A stretch of DNA of 64,000 nucleotides from assembly GCF_009914755.1 (NCBI RefSeq), contig NC_060927.1. One strand, given 5' to 3'. Positions 41,603 to 56,609 of this stretch are shown piece after piece; positions within the stretch are counted from its first letter, which is position 1; each line of letters begins with the position of its first letter. The notes under the pieces were generated by a model that was not told where the DNA came from, ran no database searches, and was given only the letters and a program-made list of their open reading frames with translations. The DNA is from the human T2T-CHM13v2.0 reference genome, Homo sapiens. The translations under genes and the position numbers were made by a program.

Positions 41603-42949
41603 TACGTAATTAACCAAATACACAATATATGTGTATGTATGTATAAATATACCAAAAATAAAAATTTTAATACGAATTCTGGAAGATAGAATTAAGGACA
41701 TTTTTTAGGATCTAGCTTTTTTAAAAAAAAAATAAAACTATGGAGAAATTTGAAAATTAGAGTATGGTTATAAGAAGTCTAATGTTCAAAACAGCAATAC
41801 TCAGAAATAGAAAATGTAACACAAAATTTCCAGATAGAGTGCATCTCCTGAGTTTCCAACATAGCGAAGGAAAAAAGATCCACACGAAGTAGAGACTTAA
41901 GAAATTCCAGAACACCGAGCAAAGAAGTAAACATGAAAGCGCTACAGAAAAAAAATCATTATTTTATTAAAAAGGTCAGAAATCAGCCTGGCATTGGTCT
42001 TATTAATAACAACACAAGAAGGTAGAGGAAAATGGAAAACACCTCTTCAAAAATTTAAGAGGAAAAATATATTCAACTTAGAATTCTTCGCCCAGCCCAA
42101 ATTAATCAGAAATGAGGGTTAAACAAAGAAATTTTCCGACTTGAGGTATCAAAAATTGTACTATCCATGTATCTTTTCACAGAAAGCTGTGGGTGAATTT
42201 AATGATGATCTCCACCAAAATAAAATAAGAATGTAAATAAAGAAAAAAGATAAATGGCATATTTGTCAAACTGAGATCTTACACTCATGGAGATCTTACA
42301 AACTGGGTGAAAAGGTAAGTTTGATAAAGGAATAATAGGGTAGCCTGAGGCTAGCAACTGTGTGAAGCTATTACAATCATTAGTCCTAAAAAACAGGAAC
42401 AGGAGCAATTACCAAATACGTGAGTTTTCCAGTAAAGTCTACCGGGCAAGAGATGTGGCCTTTAGCATTGGACACAGTCAACCTGTAGTCACTTCTCAGG
42501 GCACAAGCTAGAAGAATAAGTGCCTCAAACTTACTCTTTTCGAAGCTGCCAGCTCCAGCCAGCATCCATCATTGACATAACCCAACAAGAAACCATAGAA
42601 GTCAGTACCCTGGGCAAAAGGAAGGGTGAGAAAAGTTTGAAAATAGACCCAAGGGGACAAACAGAAAATATCTCATATATACCAAGAAACAGTGAATCAC
42701 GCAATAAAGACTTCCCAGGAAATGGTGAAGAACAGTCCCAGGCAGGTTCACTTTAAAATGTGTGTGGTCTGAGACGAAAGTACATTTAACCTCCACAGCT
42801 GCACCCCAACTCACAAGTCCAATATTCCTCCAATATTGTGTTCCATTTCCTGCATGATTTTTTAAGTGGAGAAGAAGAGAAATCTGAACACTAAAATAAA
42901 AGGCCAACTAGTATAATTGGAAGGAATGATAACTAAAAGAATTCACACT

Positions 42950-45900
42950 GCAAGAAATGAAGCAAAGCAATATCATGTACCTCCCTGAGAACACAAAATC
43001 ATTTTTATAAAATTTTTACCACAAAATATTACCTGAATCTAATCGTGAGAAAACAACAGAGAAGGCCATATTGAGGAACATCTTACCAAACAACCAGCCT
43101 GTACTATTCAAAAATATCAAAGTCATAAAAGACCAAAAAAAAAAAATTAACTAATACTGAGGAAAATTATCTATTGGCAGTGACTAAAAAGCAATTATAA
43201 GTAAACACAGCACATAATCTTGGATTGAATTTGGACCAGAAGAAAAAAAGTTTGATATAAAAGCATTATTGGAGGATTCTAGCGAGGTCAATTAGGTTTT
43301 TCTAGAGAAAAAGTAAGAAGTAAAGCTATTTCTATTTGCAGATAATATTCTGTACAGAAATATAGAACAATATATAATAATTTTCTGTATAGAAAATTCT
43401 AATGAATATACTAAAAGTTATTTGAGCTAATAAATGAATTCAACAAAGTTATGGTATACAAGATCAACATACAAAAATCAGTGATATTTATATGCATTAG
43501 TAATTAACAATTTGAAAATTAAATTAAGAAAACAATTTCATTTGCAATAGCATCAAAAAGAAAAAAAATTTCAGGGACAAAAGCAGCAAAAGAAACACCA
43601 GACTTGTACACTGAAAACTATAAAACATTGTTGAAAGGAATTAAAGGACATCTAAATAAGTGAAAAGACATATCGTGTTTATGAATCAAAATACTTAAAA
43701 TTAAGACGGCAAACCTCTCTAAACTATTCTACAGAATCAATTCCAATCAAAATCTTAGCTGACTGCTTTTTTTATTCTTTCTTTTTTTTCAGCAATTAAC
43801 AAGCTAATGTTAAAATTCTTCTGGAAATACGAGAGACTTAGAATGACCAAAACAATCTTGATAAAGAACAAAGTCGGAAGATACGCACGTCCCCATTTAA
43901 AACTTATTATAAAACTATGTATGTAATTAAGAACATGTGGTTCTATCATAATAGCAGACATATAGGCCAATGGTAGAACTTAGGGTCCAGAAATAAATAT
44001 TGGCATTTATAGGCAATGGGCTAACCACAAGGGGGCCAAGTAATTTAATGGAGGTGGTGGGGAACAGTCTTTTCAACATATAGTGCTAAGACAACTAAAT
44101 ATTCACTTGCCAAAGAATGAAGTTGGACTTTTACCTCACACAATAAATGAAATTAACTCACAATGGACCAAAGACCTAAATTTAAGAGCTAAACTATAAT
44201 GCACTGTGAAGGTGTAAATTTTTATGACCTTAAGTTAGGTAATGTTTTCTTAGGCATGACACCTAATACACACACACACAAAAACAAAACAAAACAAAAC
44301 AAAAAACAAAAAAACAAACAGGGGAAAAGTAGGTAAATTGGACTTCCTCAAAATTTTAAAATGTGCTTCAAAGGGCACTATCAATACACAAAGAACTATT
44401 GCATAAAACTGAAACCAACAGCACATGAAAAAGATTATACACCATAATCAAGTGAGATTTATCCCAAGGATGCAAGGACGGTTAAACATTTGCAAATCAG
44501 TAAATGTGGTATATCACATCGACAAAATGAAGGACAAAAATCACATGATTGTTTCAATAGATACAGAAAAACTATTTGATAAAATTCAACATCCATTCTT
44601 TATAGAAACTCTCAATGAATTAGGGATAAAAGAAATATACCCAAACACAATAAAGGCCATATGTGACAAAAGGACAACCAATATTACACTACACAAGAAA
44701 AAGCTGAATGTTCTCCCTTTGAGAACTGAAATGAGGGCCAGGTGCAGTGGCTCATCCCTGTAATCTCAACACCTTGGAGGCTGAGGAGAGAGGATGGCTT
44801 GAGCCCAGGATTCAAGATTAGCCAGGGCAACATGATGAGACCCTGTCTCTATGAGAAATAAATAAAAAAAAAACCGTCTATTGTGGTGCACACATGTAGT
44901 CCCAGCTACTCAAGAGGCTGACAGAGGATCGCATGAGGCTGGGAGGTCGAGGCTCCAGTGAGCTGTGACTCCAAGCTGGGCAACAGAGCAAGACCTTGTC
45001 TAAAAAAAAAAAAAAACAAACAAAAACTGGAAAAAGACAACGATATCCACTTTCACTGCTCTTATTCAACACAGAACTGGAAGTCCTAGCCAGAACAATT
45101 AGGCAAGAGGAAAAAACAAAGGACATTCAAATTGGAAAGGAGAAAGTCAAATTATGCCTGTTTGAAGATGACATGATCTTATATACAGAAAAACCTAAAA
45201 ACTCTACAAAAAAAAAAACCTCTCAGAATTATAAAAGAATTCAGAAAAGTTGCAGGACGCAAATAAACATACAAAAATATGTAGTATTTCAATATACATG
45301 AACAAGAAACTAGCTGAAAAAGAAATCAAGAAGGCAATCCCATTGACAATAGCAATAAAAAAAAATACTCAGGAATAAATTTAACCAAGGAGGTGAAAGA
45401 CGTCTACTAGAAAAACTACAAAACACTAATGAAAGAAATTGAAGAAGATACAAACAAATGGAAAGACATATCCCATGCTCATGAATCAGAAGAATTAATA
45501 TTGTTAAATGACCATACTACCCAAAGCATTTTACAGATTTAATCCAAGCCCTATAAAAATACCAATGACATTTTTCACAGAAATAGAAACAAATTTCTAA
45601 AATTTGTGTGGAACCACAAGATACCTTAAATAGCCAAAAAGTCTTGAAAAAAAGGAACAAAGCTAGAAGCATCACACTAACTAATTTCAAAATGTACTAC
45701 AAAGCTGTAGTAACCAAAACAGCATAGTACTGGCATAAAAACAGGCACTTAACCAATGAAACAGAATAGAGAACCCAGAAATTAATCCATAAATCTACAG
45801 CCAACTAATGGTGCCAAGAATTCTTATTGGGAAAAGGCCAACCTTTTCAATAAATGGTGCTGGGAAATCAGAATATCCACATGCAGAAAAAATGAAACTA

Positions 45901-47950
45901 GACCCCTATCACCATACACAAAATCAGCTAAAAAAAATCAAGATCAAAATGCAAGACCTGAATCTGTTAAAGTGCTTGAGGAAAACATAGGAGAAATCCT
46001 CCCAGACATATGTCTAGGCAAACATTTTATGGTGAAGACCTCAAAAGCACAGGCAACAAAAGCAAAAATAGACAAATGAGATTATTTCTAACTAAAAAGC
46101 TTGTACACAGTAAAGTAAACAATCAACAGAGTGAAGAGATGACCTGAAGAATGGGAGAAAAATATTTGCAAAACATTCATTGCATAAGGGATTAACATTC
46201 AGGCTATGTACTGGAACTCAATAGCACAAAACCAAATGATCCTTTTTAAAATTGGGCAAAAGATCTAAGTAGACATTTTTCAAATGAAGACTTACAAATA
46301 GCCAACAGATTCATAAAAAAATGCTTAAAATCTCTAATCATCAGGGAAATGCAAATGGAAACCATAATGAAATATTATATCACCCCAGTTAGAATGGCTA
46401 TTAGCAAGAAGACAAAAGACAAATGTTGTTGAGGATGTAAAGAAAAGGGAACTCATACACTGTAAGTGGGAATGTAAATTAGTACAGCCATTAATGAAAA
46501 CAGTGTTGAGTTTCCTCTAAAAGCTAAAACTAGAACTGTATAATCCAGAAATCCCGCAACTGGGTACATATCCAAAGGAAAAGAAAGAAGTATGCTGAAG
46601 GGATATTTGCACTCTCTTGTTTATTGCAGCACTATTCACAATAGCTAAGATATGGAATCAACCTATGTGTCCATCCACAGATGAATCAAGAAATTGTAAT
46701 AGACATATGGAATACTATACAGCCTTAAAAATGAATGAGATCCCATCATTTGCTGAACCCTGGAAGAGCATGGAGGACATTATATTAAGTAAAATAAGTC
46801 AGGCACAGGAAGACAAATACTGTATGGTCTCACTCACATGTGAAAACTAAAAAAGGGTTGCTCTTATAGAAGTAGAAAGTAGAATAGTGGCTACTAGAGT
46901 CTAGGAAGGATAGGAAGAAGAGAGGATAGGAAGAGTTTGGATAATGAATACAAAATTATAGGTAGATAGGAGGAATAAGTTCTAGTATTCTATAGCAATG
47001 TAGGGTGACTATAATAAACAATAATTCATTGTATTTTTTCAAATAGAAGAGAGAATTTTGAATGTTTCCTACACTAAGAAATGATAAATGTTTGAGGTGG
47101 TAGATACTCTAATTACCCTGATTCAACTATTATTTATTTTATACAAATATCAAAATATCACGGTATGCTTCATAAATCTAAATGATTATTGTGAGTCAAT
47201 TAAAAATATGTATATTTTTTAATTGTTAAGAAGAACTGTCACATATATAAAAATCTCATAACTTACATAGAAATAACAGTATTTTAAAATGGGCAAACAA
47301 TTTGAATATTTAATAAAAAAGTAAAATATTGAATTCAAAAAATATTGAATATTTAAAATAGACAAAAAGTACATAGAACTCAAATGTCCAACAACAGATA
47401 AAAGGATATGCAAAATGTAGTATATCTATACAATGGAAAATCATGTCCCCATTAAAAGGAATTAAGTATGGATAGGTGCTACAACATGGATGAACCTGAA
47501 AACATTATGATAAGTGATTGAAGCCAGGCACAAAGAACCACATATTGTATAAATCTATCTATATGAAATGGCCACAATCAGCAAATCTACAGACATGGAG
47601 AGTAGACTGTAGTTAGCTAGAGCTAAGTGGAGGAAGGAGGAGAATAACCAATAATGGGTGTAACGTTTCTTTAGGGGGTGATGGAAGTAATCTAAACTTA
47701 GATTAAAGTGATGGTTGCACTACAAATGTACTAAAAATCATTGAATTATGAACTTTTAACAGGTGAACTTTATGATAATGTAAATCATATCACAAATCTA
47801 TTAAAAATAATATGCACATATAGAGAAAATGGTAAGTTAAATGTAACACAATGTTAATAACTGAGGAATCTTGTAATAGGTATATGGGACTTTTAAGTTT
47901 TGTAGCTTTTATGGAAGTGAAGTTTATTCCAAAATAAAAAGTAAAAATAA
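42950..47950 (+). mobile_element. nested L1 block: older L1M fragments interrupted by an L1MA/L1PB-type ORF2-3' segment (~44400-47205)
   Basis: ORF track shows degenerate ORF2 RT and C-terminal peptides ([31 protein letters not shown]); at least two distinct L1 3' UTRs. Confidence 0.85.
44736..45025 (+). mobile_element. Alu (AluJ-type) inside L1
   Basis: Alu dimer interrupting L1 ORF2. Confidence 0.85.
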
Positions 47951-48254
47951 GCTTCATGGTGATGATTTTTAAACTAAATACATGTATCGTGGTGATAACA
48001 TTAAAGAAACAAAACAAATATGAGTTTAGAATGAGGCAAAAGATGTTATGTTCTATTGAGGACCACCCCAGAATTCCAAGGAACATCATTTAATACTAAT
48101 ATAATGGCCTGACATTCTCTACTTAATCTGTAGCTTTAAATTCAATACGTGCGGTCCATGTGGCAAAACAGGCAAAGCTCCAGTGTCAGCCATCGGTTCA
48201 AATGTCAGTAAATTTTAGATGTGTTGCCTAGGAAAGTTATTTATGCCATCAGAG

Positions 48255-48845
48255 TGTAGCAGGCAGAATTATTACATCACCTGCAGTGAACCACTCCCTG
48301 TATAATGTTCTGCTCCTTGCGTGTGGATGTGAACTGTGAATGTTATAGAATAACCACTCCCATGGTTTAATATTGCATAATTGACTCTAAGAAAGGATGA
48401 ACCTGACTAACCACATGAGCCTTTTAAGTCTGGGTCTAGAGGTCCGAGACAAACAAATCAGAGATTTCTTTGTCAAGAGACATTTCTGCTGTCTTCTTTA
48501 AAGATGGAAGGGCCACATGGCAAGGGCATGTGGGCAACTTCTGGGAGCAGAGTGACCCCCAGCTGATAGCCAGCAAGGAACTGGGGACTTCGGTTCCACA
48601 GTCTCCAGGAACTAGATTCTGCCAACAACCTGAAAGAGCTTGGAAGTAGATTCTTCCCCAGAGGCTCCAGATGAGAACGCAGCCCAGCTGACATCTTGAT
48701 TTTTGCATTGTGAGATCCTAAGAAGAGAACCAAGCCATGTGGCCCCTGGACTTCTGCCCTACAGAACTATGAGCTATTAAATGGCTGTTATTTTAAGCTG
48801 TTAAATATGTAGTGATTTGTTATGAATAAATAGAAAACTGATACA
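48255..48845 (+). mobile_element. MLT1E-like MaLR solo LTR
   Basis: TGTAGCAGGCAGAAT...aatagaaaactgatACA with perfect 5-bp TSD cagag. Confidence 0.85.
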
Positions 48846-51800
48846 CAGAGTATCAGTTTCTTCACATGAAATGAAAAGAACAGCACTATCTACCTCATAA
48901 GATAGTGTATCCTTATCAAATAAACAGCCATATAGTACATGTTTAATTTAGGTTAGCTCTCATTACCATTGTTATTACTATTGTTATTGAGATGAGGTAA
49001 AGCAAAATCTCAAAAAGAAATCAGAATTGGAAATCCACAGTCAACAATTTTTTCATTAATATGCCAACCAAGATATTTTGGCATACCCAGGACATTAATA
49101 GTATTCCTAAAAGCTTTGGCTTTTATTCAATATCTGATTCATCCCACAGGTAGCATTTCTTAGTGAAAGATAATGTTCTCAGTCTTTTAAAGTATTCATC
49201 ACAAGGCTACCTGTCAAGTTTTGATGATTGGTGGAAAATGATGTAGACAGCAGGGAACACTCTTATAAATGTCCCCTGAATATGGCATTTAAAGTTTTAT
49301 ATATTAACTGTAAAACTGACGTACTCCTAAAAATGAAAAGAGCCAAGGTGATACTTATAAAACAGACAAACCAAACCACCCAGAAAAAAAGTTACACTTG
49401 TAAAATGGACTAAATAATTTTGTGTCATTCTAATCCCAGCTGTGGGCCAACACTCAGCATAGGTGATGCCCATATTCTGAAAAAGACAGATTGTAAATGT
49501 GCACTTGTGTTTATGTGAAGCAAAATAGCACTTACTCCCAGGAGGTGTTTATCTTTAGCAATGAAGCAGAGAAATTGTTAACCCTTATAATCTTAAGCAA
49601 AGACAGCCTTACCTCAGACATCATAATTTCTATTGGTTTCATAATATCACCAAAATTGCCATGAAGTAAATCCTCTTTATTACCAAGTAAGGACTTCATC
49701 CACTCCTTGGTCCTCACTGTCTATCAAATTTAAAACAAATTTAAAAGATACTAGTATTTTTTAATCTCTGGAATTGACAGAAATGTATCATCCAATTGTC
49801 AGGGCAATAGAGAATGGCATACCTTCTAAAGTATGCCCAAAGATCTGCAGTAAAGCTATTAAAAATTGCTAGAGAAATGAAATAGAAACATACCTTTAAA
49901 CAAGGGGAAACTGTCATTAAGCTGTATGACTGTTTTTGAGGAGAGTCATAATTTTGAAAAAATTACTAACCAAGAGGCATCAGATACCTGCCTATGATAA
50001 ATAATTTTCAATAACTGGCATTTCTGCTAAGAAGATTAATTTTAAAATTTATTTAAAGTCTCATTCAGCTCCCCTCATCTTAGACATAAGTCTATTCTAA
50101 CCTATTGAAGTCATTTCATATGGCATTTTATATATTTTTAAAATCGTGATTTTTTAAAAAATTATTTTAAGTCTTATGGTCACACATAATTCATAAATTT
50201 GTGTGTATCTCCTCTACTTCATTCCTTCTAATGAGTTGAAAATCACTATTACCAATCACACATACACAGTTCTACCATTTTCTATGCTTCTGAATAGCTG
50301 TTAAAAGACAATTCTAAATTATAAATTAGTCTGACTTAGTAAAGAGCTCAAAAGCAAAGTTTAACATGCTGCTATTTCTTGTCACACTGACTTTTAAAGG
50401 CATCTGACCTTATAGATTGTCTGTAAAATGGGAGAAGTGTTAAATATTCTTTATGTGATATTATACATAAACCACATTAAAATGCCTTTCAATAAATAAA
50501 ATGTAGCATTTTAGATTCAGATAATTCTAATTAGATTGGCATGAAAGTCAAAAATATAAAGCAGACATTGCTACCTTATCGTCAGCCCTTGCCTTTAACA
50601 AGCTGATGAACACAAATTAAAACCCAAGTAAATCATGCTTTGTTCTGAGACTGTGAATGAATTTCCCCAGTATTTAAATATATTCAGTTATATATTATTA
50701 TCATATGTTTATATATAATATATTAATTTATCTATATTTATTAGAATATATTTAATATCATTTACTATATTTTTATCATATTTAGATTTCTATGACTAAT
50801 AGAAATCTAAATATAAAACCAATCTCCAATAGGTTGTCAGATGACATTTCCCCATCTCTGTGAAAAGTTGAACAGTACTAATTAGGTCTAATCATATCTT
50901 TAGAAGGAGAAAAGATTAATAGAATTTACTTTTTTTATATTTTTATAAGTGGTTATATATGTTTAAAAAAAAAATGGTGGAGACAGCGTTTCTTCAAAGC
51001 CCAGGGCAATTGGCAAAGCTTATTCTTATGAATGCAGAGTCCTCGCTTCCACTCATTGAAATGCTAAATCCATGAGTATGCGGTAGCCTCTAAGAAAAAA
51101 AACCAGCCCATGCTGAGGTGCATTGGATTGTTATATCTGATATTCGAAACAACTTCAAAGAGGTTTTTAGCCTAAACTAAGTTTAAAAAAAAATTTCCAT
51201 AGGTTTTTTGGGGAACAGGTGGTATTTGGTTACATGAGTAAGTTCTTTAGTGGTGATCTGTGAGATTTTGTGCATCCATCACATAAGCAGTATATCTTGA
51301 ACCCAATTTGTAGTCTTTTATCCCTCATCACCTTCCCATCCTTTCCCCCTGAGTCCCCAAAGTCTACCGTGTCATTCTTATGCCTTTGCATCCTCAGCTT
51401 AGCTTTCATTTATGAGTGAGAACATAGGATGTTTGATTTTCCATTCCTGAGTTACTTCACTTAGAATAATAGTCTCCAGTCCTACCCAGGTTACTGCAGA
51501 TGCTATTAATTCATTCCTTTTTATGGCTGGGTAGTATTCCATCGTATATCTATACCAGAGTTTCTTTATCCGTTCTTTGGTTGATGGGCAGTTGGGTTGG
51601 TTCCACATTTTTGCAATTGTGAATTGAGCTGCTATAAACATGAGTGTGTAAATATCTTTTTCATATAAAGACTTCTTTTCCTCTGGCTAGATACCCATTA
51701 CGGGGATTGCTGGATCAAATGGTACTCCTACTTTTAGCTCTTTAGAGGAATCTTCACACTGCTTTCCACAGTGTTATACTAGTTTACATTCCCACCAACA

Positions 51801-52384
51801 GTGTAGAAGTGTTCCCTGTTCACTACATCCGTGCCAACATCTATTAGTTTTTTATTTTTTGATAATGGCCATTCTGGCAGCAATAAGGTGGTAGCACATT
51901 GTGGTTTTGATTTGCATTTCCTGATCATTATTGATATTGAGCATTTTTTGATATGTTTGTTGGCCATTTGTATATCTTCTTTTGAGAATTATCTATTCGT
52001 GTCATTAGCCCACTGTTTGATGGGATTGCTTGTTTTTATTCTTGCTAATTTGCTTGAGTTTGTTGTAGATTCTGGATATTAGTCCTTTGTCAGATTTATA
52101 GATTGTGAAGATTTTCTCCCACTCTATGGGTTGTCTGTTTACTCTGCTGACTGTTGCTTTTGCTGTGCAGAAGCTCTTTAGGTTAATTGAGTCCCAGCTA
52201 TTTATCTTTGTCTTTATTGTGTCTTTATTTTTGGGTTCTTGGCCATGAAATCCTTGCCTAAGCCAATGTCTAGAAGGGTTTTTCTGATGTTATCTTCTAG
52301 AATATTTATAGTTTCAGGTGTTAGATTTAAGTCCTTGATCCATTTTGAGTTGATTTTTGTATAAGATGAGAGATGAGTATCTAG

Positions 52385-52760
<376 letters not shown>

Positions 52761-53234
52761 CTTTCCCCACTTTATGTTTTTGTTTGCTTTGTTGAAGATC
52801 AGTTGGCTGTAAGTATTTGGCTTTATTTCTGGGTTCTCTATTCTTTTCCATTGGTCTATGTGACTATTTTTATACCAGTACCATGCTATTTTGGTGACTA
52901 TGGCCTTATAGTATAGTTTAAAATCAGGTAATATGATGCCTCCAGATTTGTTCTTTTTGCTTAGTCTTGCTTTGGCTATGAGGGCTCTTTTTTGGTTTCA
53001 TATGAATTTTAGGATTGTTTTTCCTAGTTCTGTAAAGAAGGATGGTGGTATTTTGACAGGAATTGCACTGAATTTGAAGATTGCTTTTGGCAGTATGGTC
53101 ATTTTCATAATATTGATTCTAACTATCTATGAGCATGGGATGTGTTTCCATTTGTTTGTGTCATCTATGATTTCTTTCAGCAGTGTTTTTGTAGTTTTCC
53201 TTGTAGAGGTCTTTCACCTCCATGGTTAGGTATA

Positions 53235-53241
53235 TTCATAC

Positions 53242-53273
<32 letters not shown>

Positions 53274-53510
53274 ATATGCACATATATATACGTATATATG
53301 TGTATATATATAATACACACATATATACACACACATACAAATATATATGACACATATATACACATATATATGTGCATATATATACACATATATATGTGCA
53401 TATATATACACATATATATGTGTGCATATATATACACATATATATGTGTGCATATATATACACATATATATGTGTGCATATATATACATACATTATATAT
53501 ATATATATCA
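53235..53510. repeat. (TG)n/(TA)n compound microsatellite with a ~22-24-bp tandem unit (atatatacacatatatatgtgtgc)
   Basis: Directly visible; source of several low-complexity ORFs. Confidence 0.95.
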
Positions 53511-56500
53511 GCCATTGTAAAGAGAGTTGAGTTCTTGATTTGATTTTTGGCTTGGTTGCTGTTGGTGTATAGGAGAGCTACTGTGTGTACATTAATTTTG
53601 TATCTGGAAACTGCTGAATTCTTTTATCAGTTCTAGGAGCTTTTTGGAGAAGTCTTTAGGGTTTTCTAGTTATACTATCTTATCATCAGCAAACAGCAAC
53701 AATTTGGCCATATAGCAAAAAAGGATTGATAAAAACAATCTTTTTTATCAATTTGAATGCCCTTTCTTTCTTTCTCTTGTCTGATTGCTCTGGCTAGGAC
53801 TTCCAGTACTATGTTAAAGGGAAGTGGTGAGAGTGGCATCCTTCTCTTGTTCCAGTTCTCAGAGGGAATGCTTTAAACTTTTCCCCATTCAGTATTTTGT
53901 TGGCTGTGGGTTTGTCATAGATGGCTTTTATTAGATTGAGGTATGTCCCTTGTATGTGGATTTGGCTGAGAGAAAACAGTGACAGCATTTACTGATTAGA
54001 ATTGTTACCAATTTTTAAAAAACTTATCGTGTTTATTTAACCACAAGCCAGTCTTACTTAAATCAGGACTCCCCAACAAAAATATCCTGTCAGTCATTTA
54101 TGATCTGGATTCTGGTGTATGAGATCAGTTAAATTATGGTACACATAAAAAAATCACGAGACATTTCTTTTTTGTAATAGATAAAGCAATGGCCAATTAT
54201 TACACATCAGTAACTTTTTTGAGATAAGCTATCAAGTCTACTCTTTCTGTCTTTTTCTAAATGCCAGAGAAGATCATTTTTGTTCCAGAGATGTACTTCT
54301 TTGGATTCTCCAAATACTACATCAGTGTCTCCTCTCCCCAGCTGATGTCTTTGTTTTTGCTGGCATCTGTATAAGAGAACGCAGCAGCCTGACCTGTCTT
54401 CTGCCCAGAAATCATGGAGATATGGCCCAGTCTTGTGCTTGCCCCTCTTTTCCATGGTGTGACACTGGGGACACTTCTAAACAAAAATCTTCTTGCCTTC
54501 CTCAGCATCACTCATATTTAATTCTATCTTTTCATGCTCGTACTGCAAAGGTTCCTGCTCAGAAGCCAAACATCTTTCTCCCTCTTGTATTTTGAATCCT
54601 AACAAAATCTAACATCCTTGAAACATTACTAATTTTTGGAGGGAAGTTTATTCATTATCTTTACGAAACGCTTTAGCTTATCATCAAAAAGAATGCCCAC
54701 TTACAAGATTATTCTATCATATGTAATTTATATCTTAATTATTTATATGAACATCATATTCAAAGCACATTGCTAGTTGAGCAGAATGACACATCAATAA
54801 ATGAAATCCAAACCAAATCCTGATATCTGAATGCTGATAAAGGGCACATCTCCATATATGAAAACAGAGTGGAGTGGAAGAAAGATTTTCCACATTAAAA
54901 GACTCAAAGTGACTTAACTATTTAAAACATTTGGTCAAGGCTTGTTCTCAAGCATTGGGGTTTTCACAAAGATGTTCTTGTCTGTGGATAGTTGTTAGTT
55001 AAACTTTCTGTTGGGAGGAAGTAGTGAAGCCTAAGACTTCCTATTCTGCCATCTTGCTCAAGTTTAATCTTCTTGGTATAACATCTTCACAGAATAATTG
55101 ACAATATTTACGAATAGATATTTACATTTTTATTTTAAAAACATTAAAAATATATTTATATATACTCATGTAAATATATATTCTTATATATTTATATATA
55201 TATTTCATATATATAATGTCCATGTGGACACCTGCATGGACCACAGAACTGGATGAAAGTTGCATCAGAAAGTTTCACTTTGATGATACCACTCCTCCCT
55301 CTCCCCCAGATAGGCACAAGGCCACATGGGGAGGATTCCCGTAAGCCTATGTATCCTCCAAGAGGAAAAGAGAACTGGAGATGCACATCCAGCTTCCCCA
55401 GCATTCTGAGACACTTCCCAGGAAACCCACGCTGGTCCACATTGTATTTAAAAATCATAACATCACTTTGTACCCCATAAATACATACAATTATAATTCA
55501 TCAATTTAGAATAAAAATTACACTGAGTTATATTCTTATCACAGAATATAAGTAGGCCATTTAGTTTTATTCTTTATCATTTTATTTTTTCTAATTTTCT
55601 ATGAAGAGCATTTATTTTCTTAAAAGGAATCATCATTAAAAAGAAAATGAGCTTTTATTTTCTTGATCATTCTAAAATTTAATAGTCTAAATTTGAAAAT
55701 TACTGATATCATTTAGACTACAGTGCTATTTTTTTCATTCATTTATTTCAGTACCTAATTTATAAAGATTGTTATTTCAATGTCAATCATTAATTTACTA
55801 CCAAGTCGAAACCTTACAACATGCTTACTGGGGCAGAGAAATTAGAAAGAAAGGCTTAAGTAGTTCTCCAAAGTCAGTTTTGCCTTATAATTTTCACAGA
55901 GTAGTGTGACAAGAGTTTTTAAAATAATAAATAATTTTGATTTATTAATCATGATAATTTATTAATAAGTCAATATATCTGCCTCTCAGTTGGCTCTGTT
56001 AGCTAAAACCTGGGGGTTTGGGGAACATAGTAAACTTTTAAGAATACACAAAATAGATTTTAGTTTCTAAATTTGGAACATTTAGGAGCAGCTAATAGAT
56101 GAAAGAAGGAGTTAGGAATTTCTTATTCAGTTTTAAACTTCACCTTATTGCTCAATAAGTGTGACTGACTTTGATAATGTGTTGTCTCTCTATAAACATT
56201 ATATTATTGACCCAGAGTCATGATACTAAGCTGCTTATTCAGACTCGTTGATAAATGGCTGTGACTCATTCACACACATTTGCATCCCATCTAATTGAGA
56301 TTAGGGTAAGTTTTATGTCAGCACAAAAATATTTTTGTTGTGAGGGGAAAACAAACCAGTGGCTGTAATAGCAACTGGACCCTTCTTTACTGCCATGGTC
56401 CTCCAACTGAACTAATTGATCCAGGGACAACATTCAGTGTTTCCTTCTAAACAGTTCAGTTCAGGACAGTTCCTTCTAACAAATATTTATAACCACTGAA

Positions 56501-56609
56501 CTTCAGATCTACATAATAACAACTTGTAAATAACCAAATAGAAAATCTGTGAGGAATAGAAAAAACATCCCACCTTAATCAACATCAAAGGATACTTTTC
56601 AATGCCATG

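Noticed and set aside
44425-46850. ORFs resembling reverse transcriptase
   Set aside because: Broken L1 ORF2 fragments with stops and frameshifts; not an active element.
49120-50150. Possible further extension of the CYCS 3' UTR
   Set aside because: Could not recognise it reliably; no clear poly-A tail or TSD.
53142-53543. Overlapping Tyr/Ile/His-rich ORFs and a regularly spaced repeat
   Set aside because: Microsatellite translation; no unique spacers, so not CRISPR-like.
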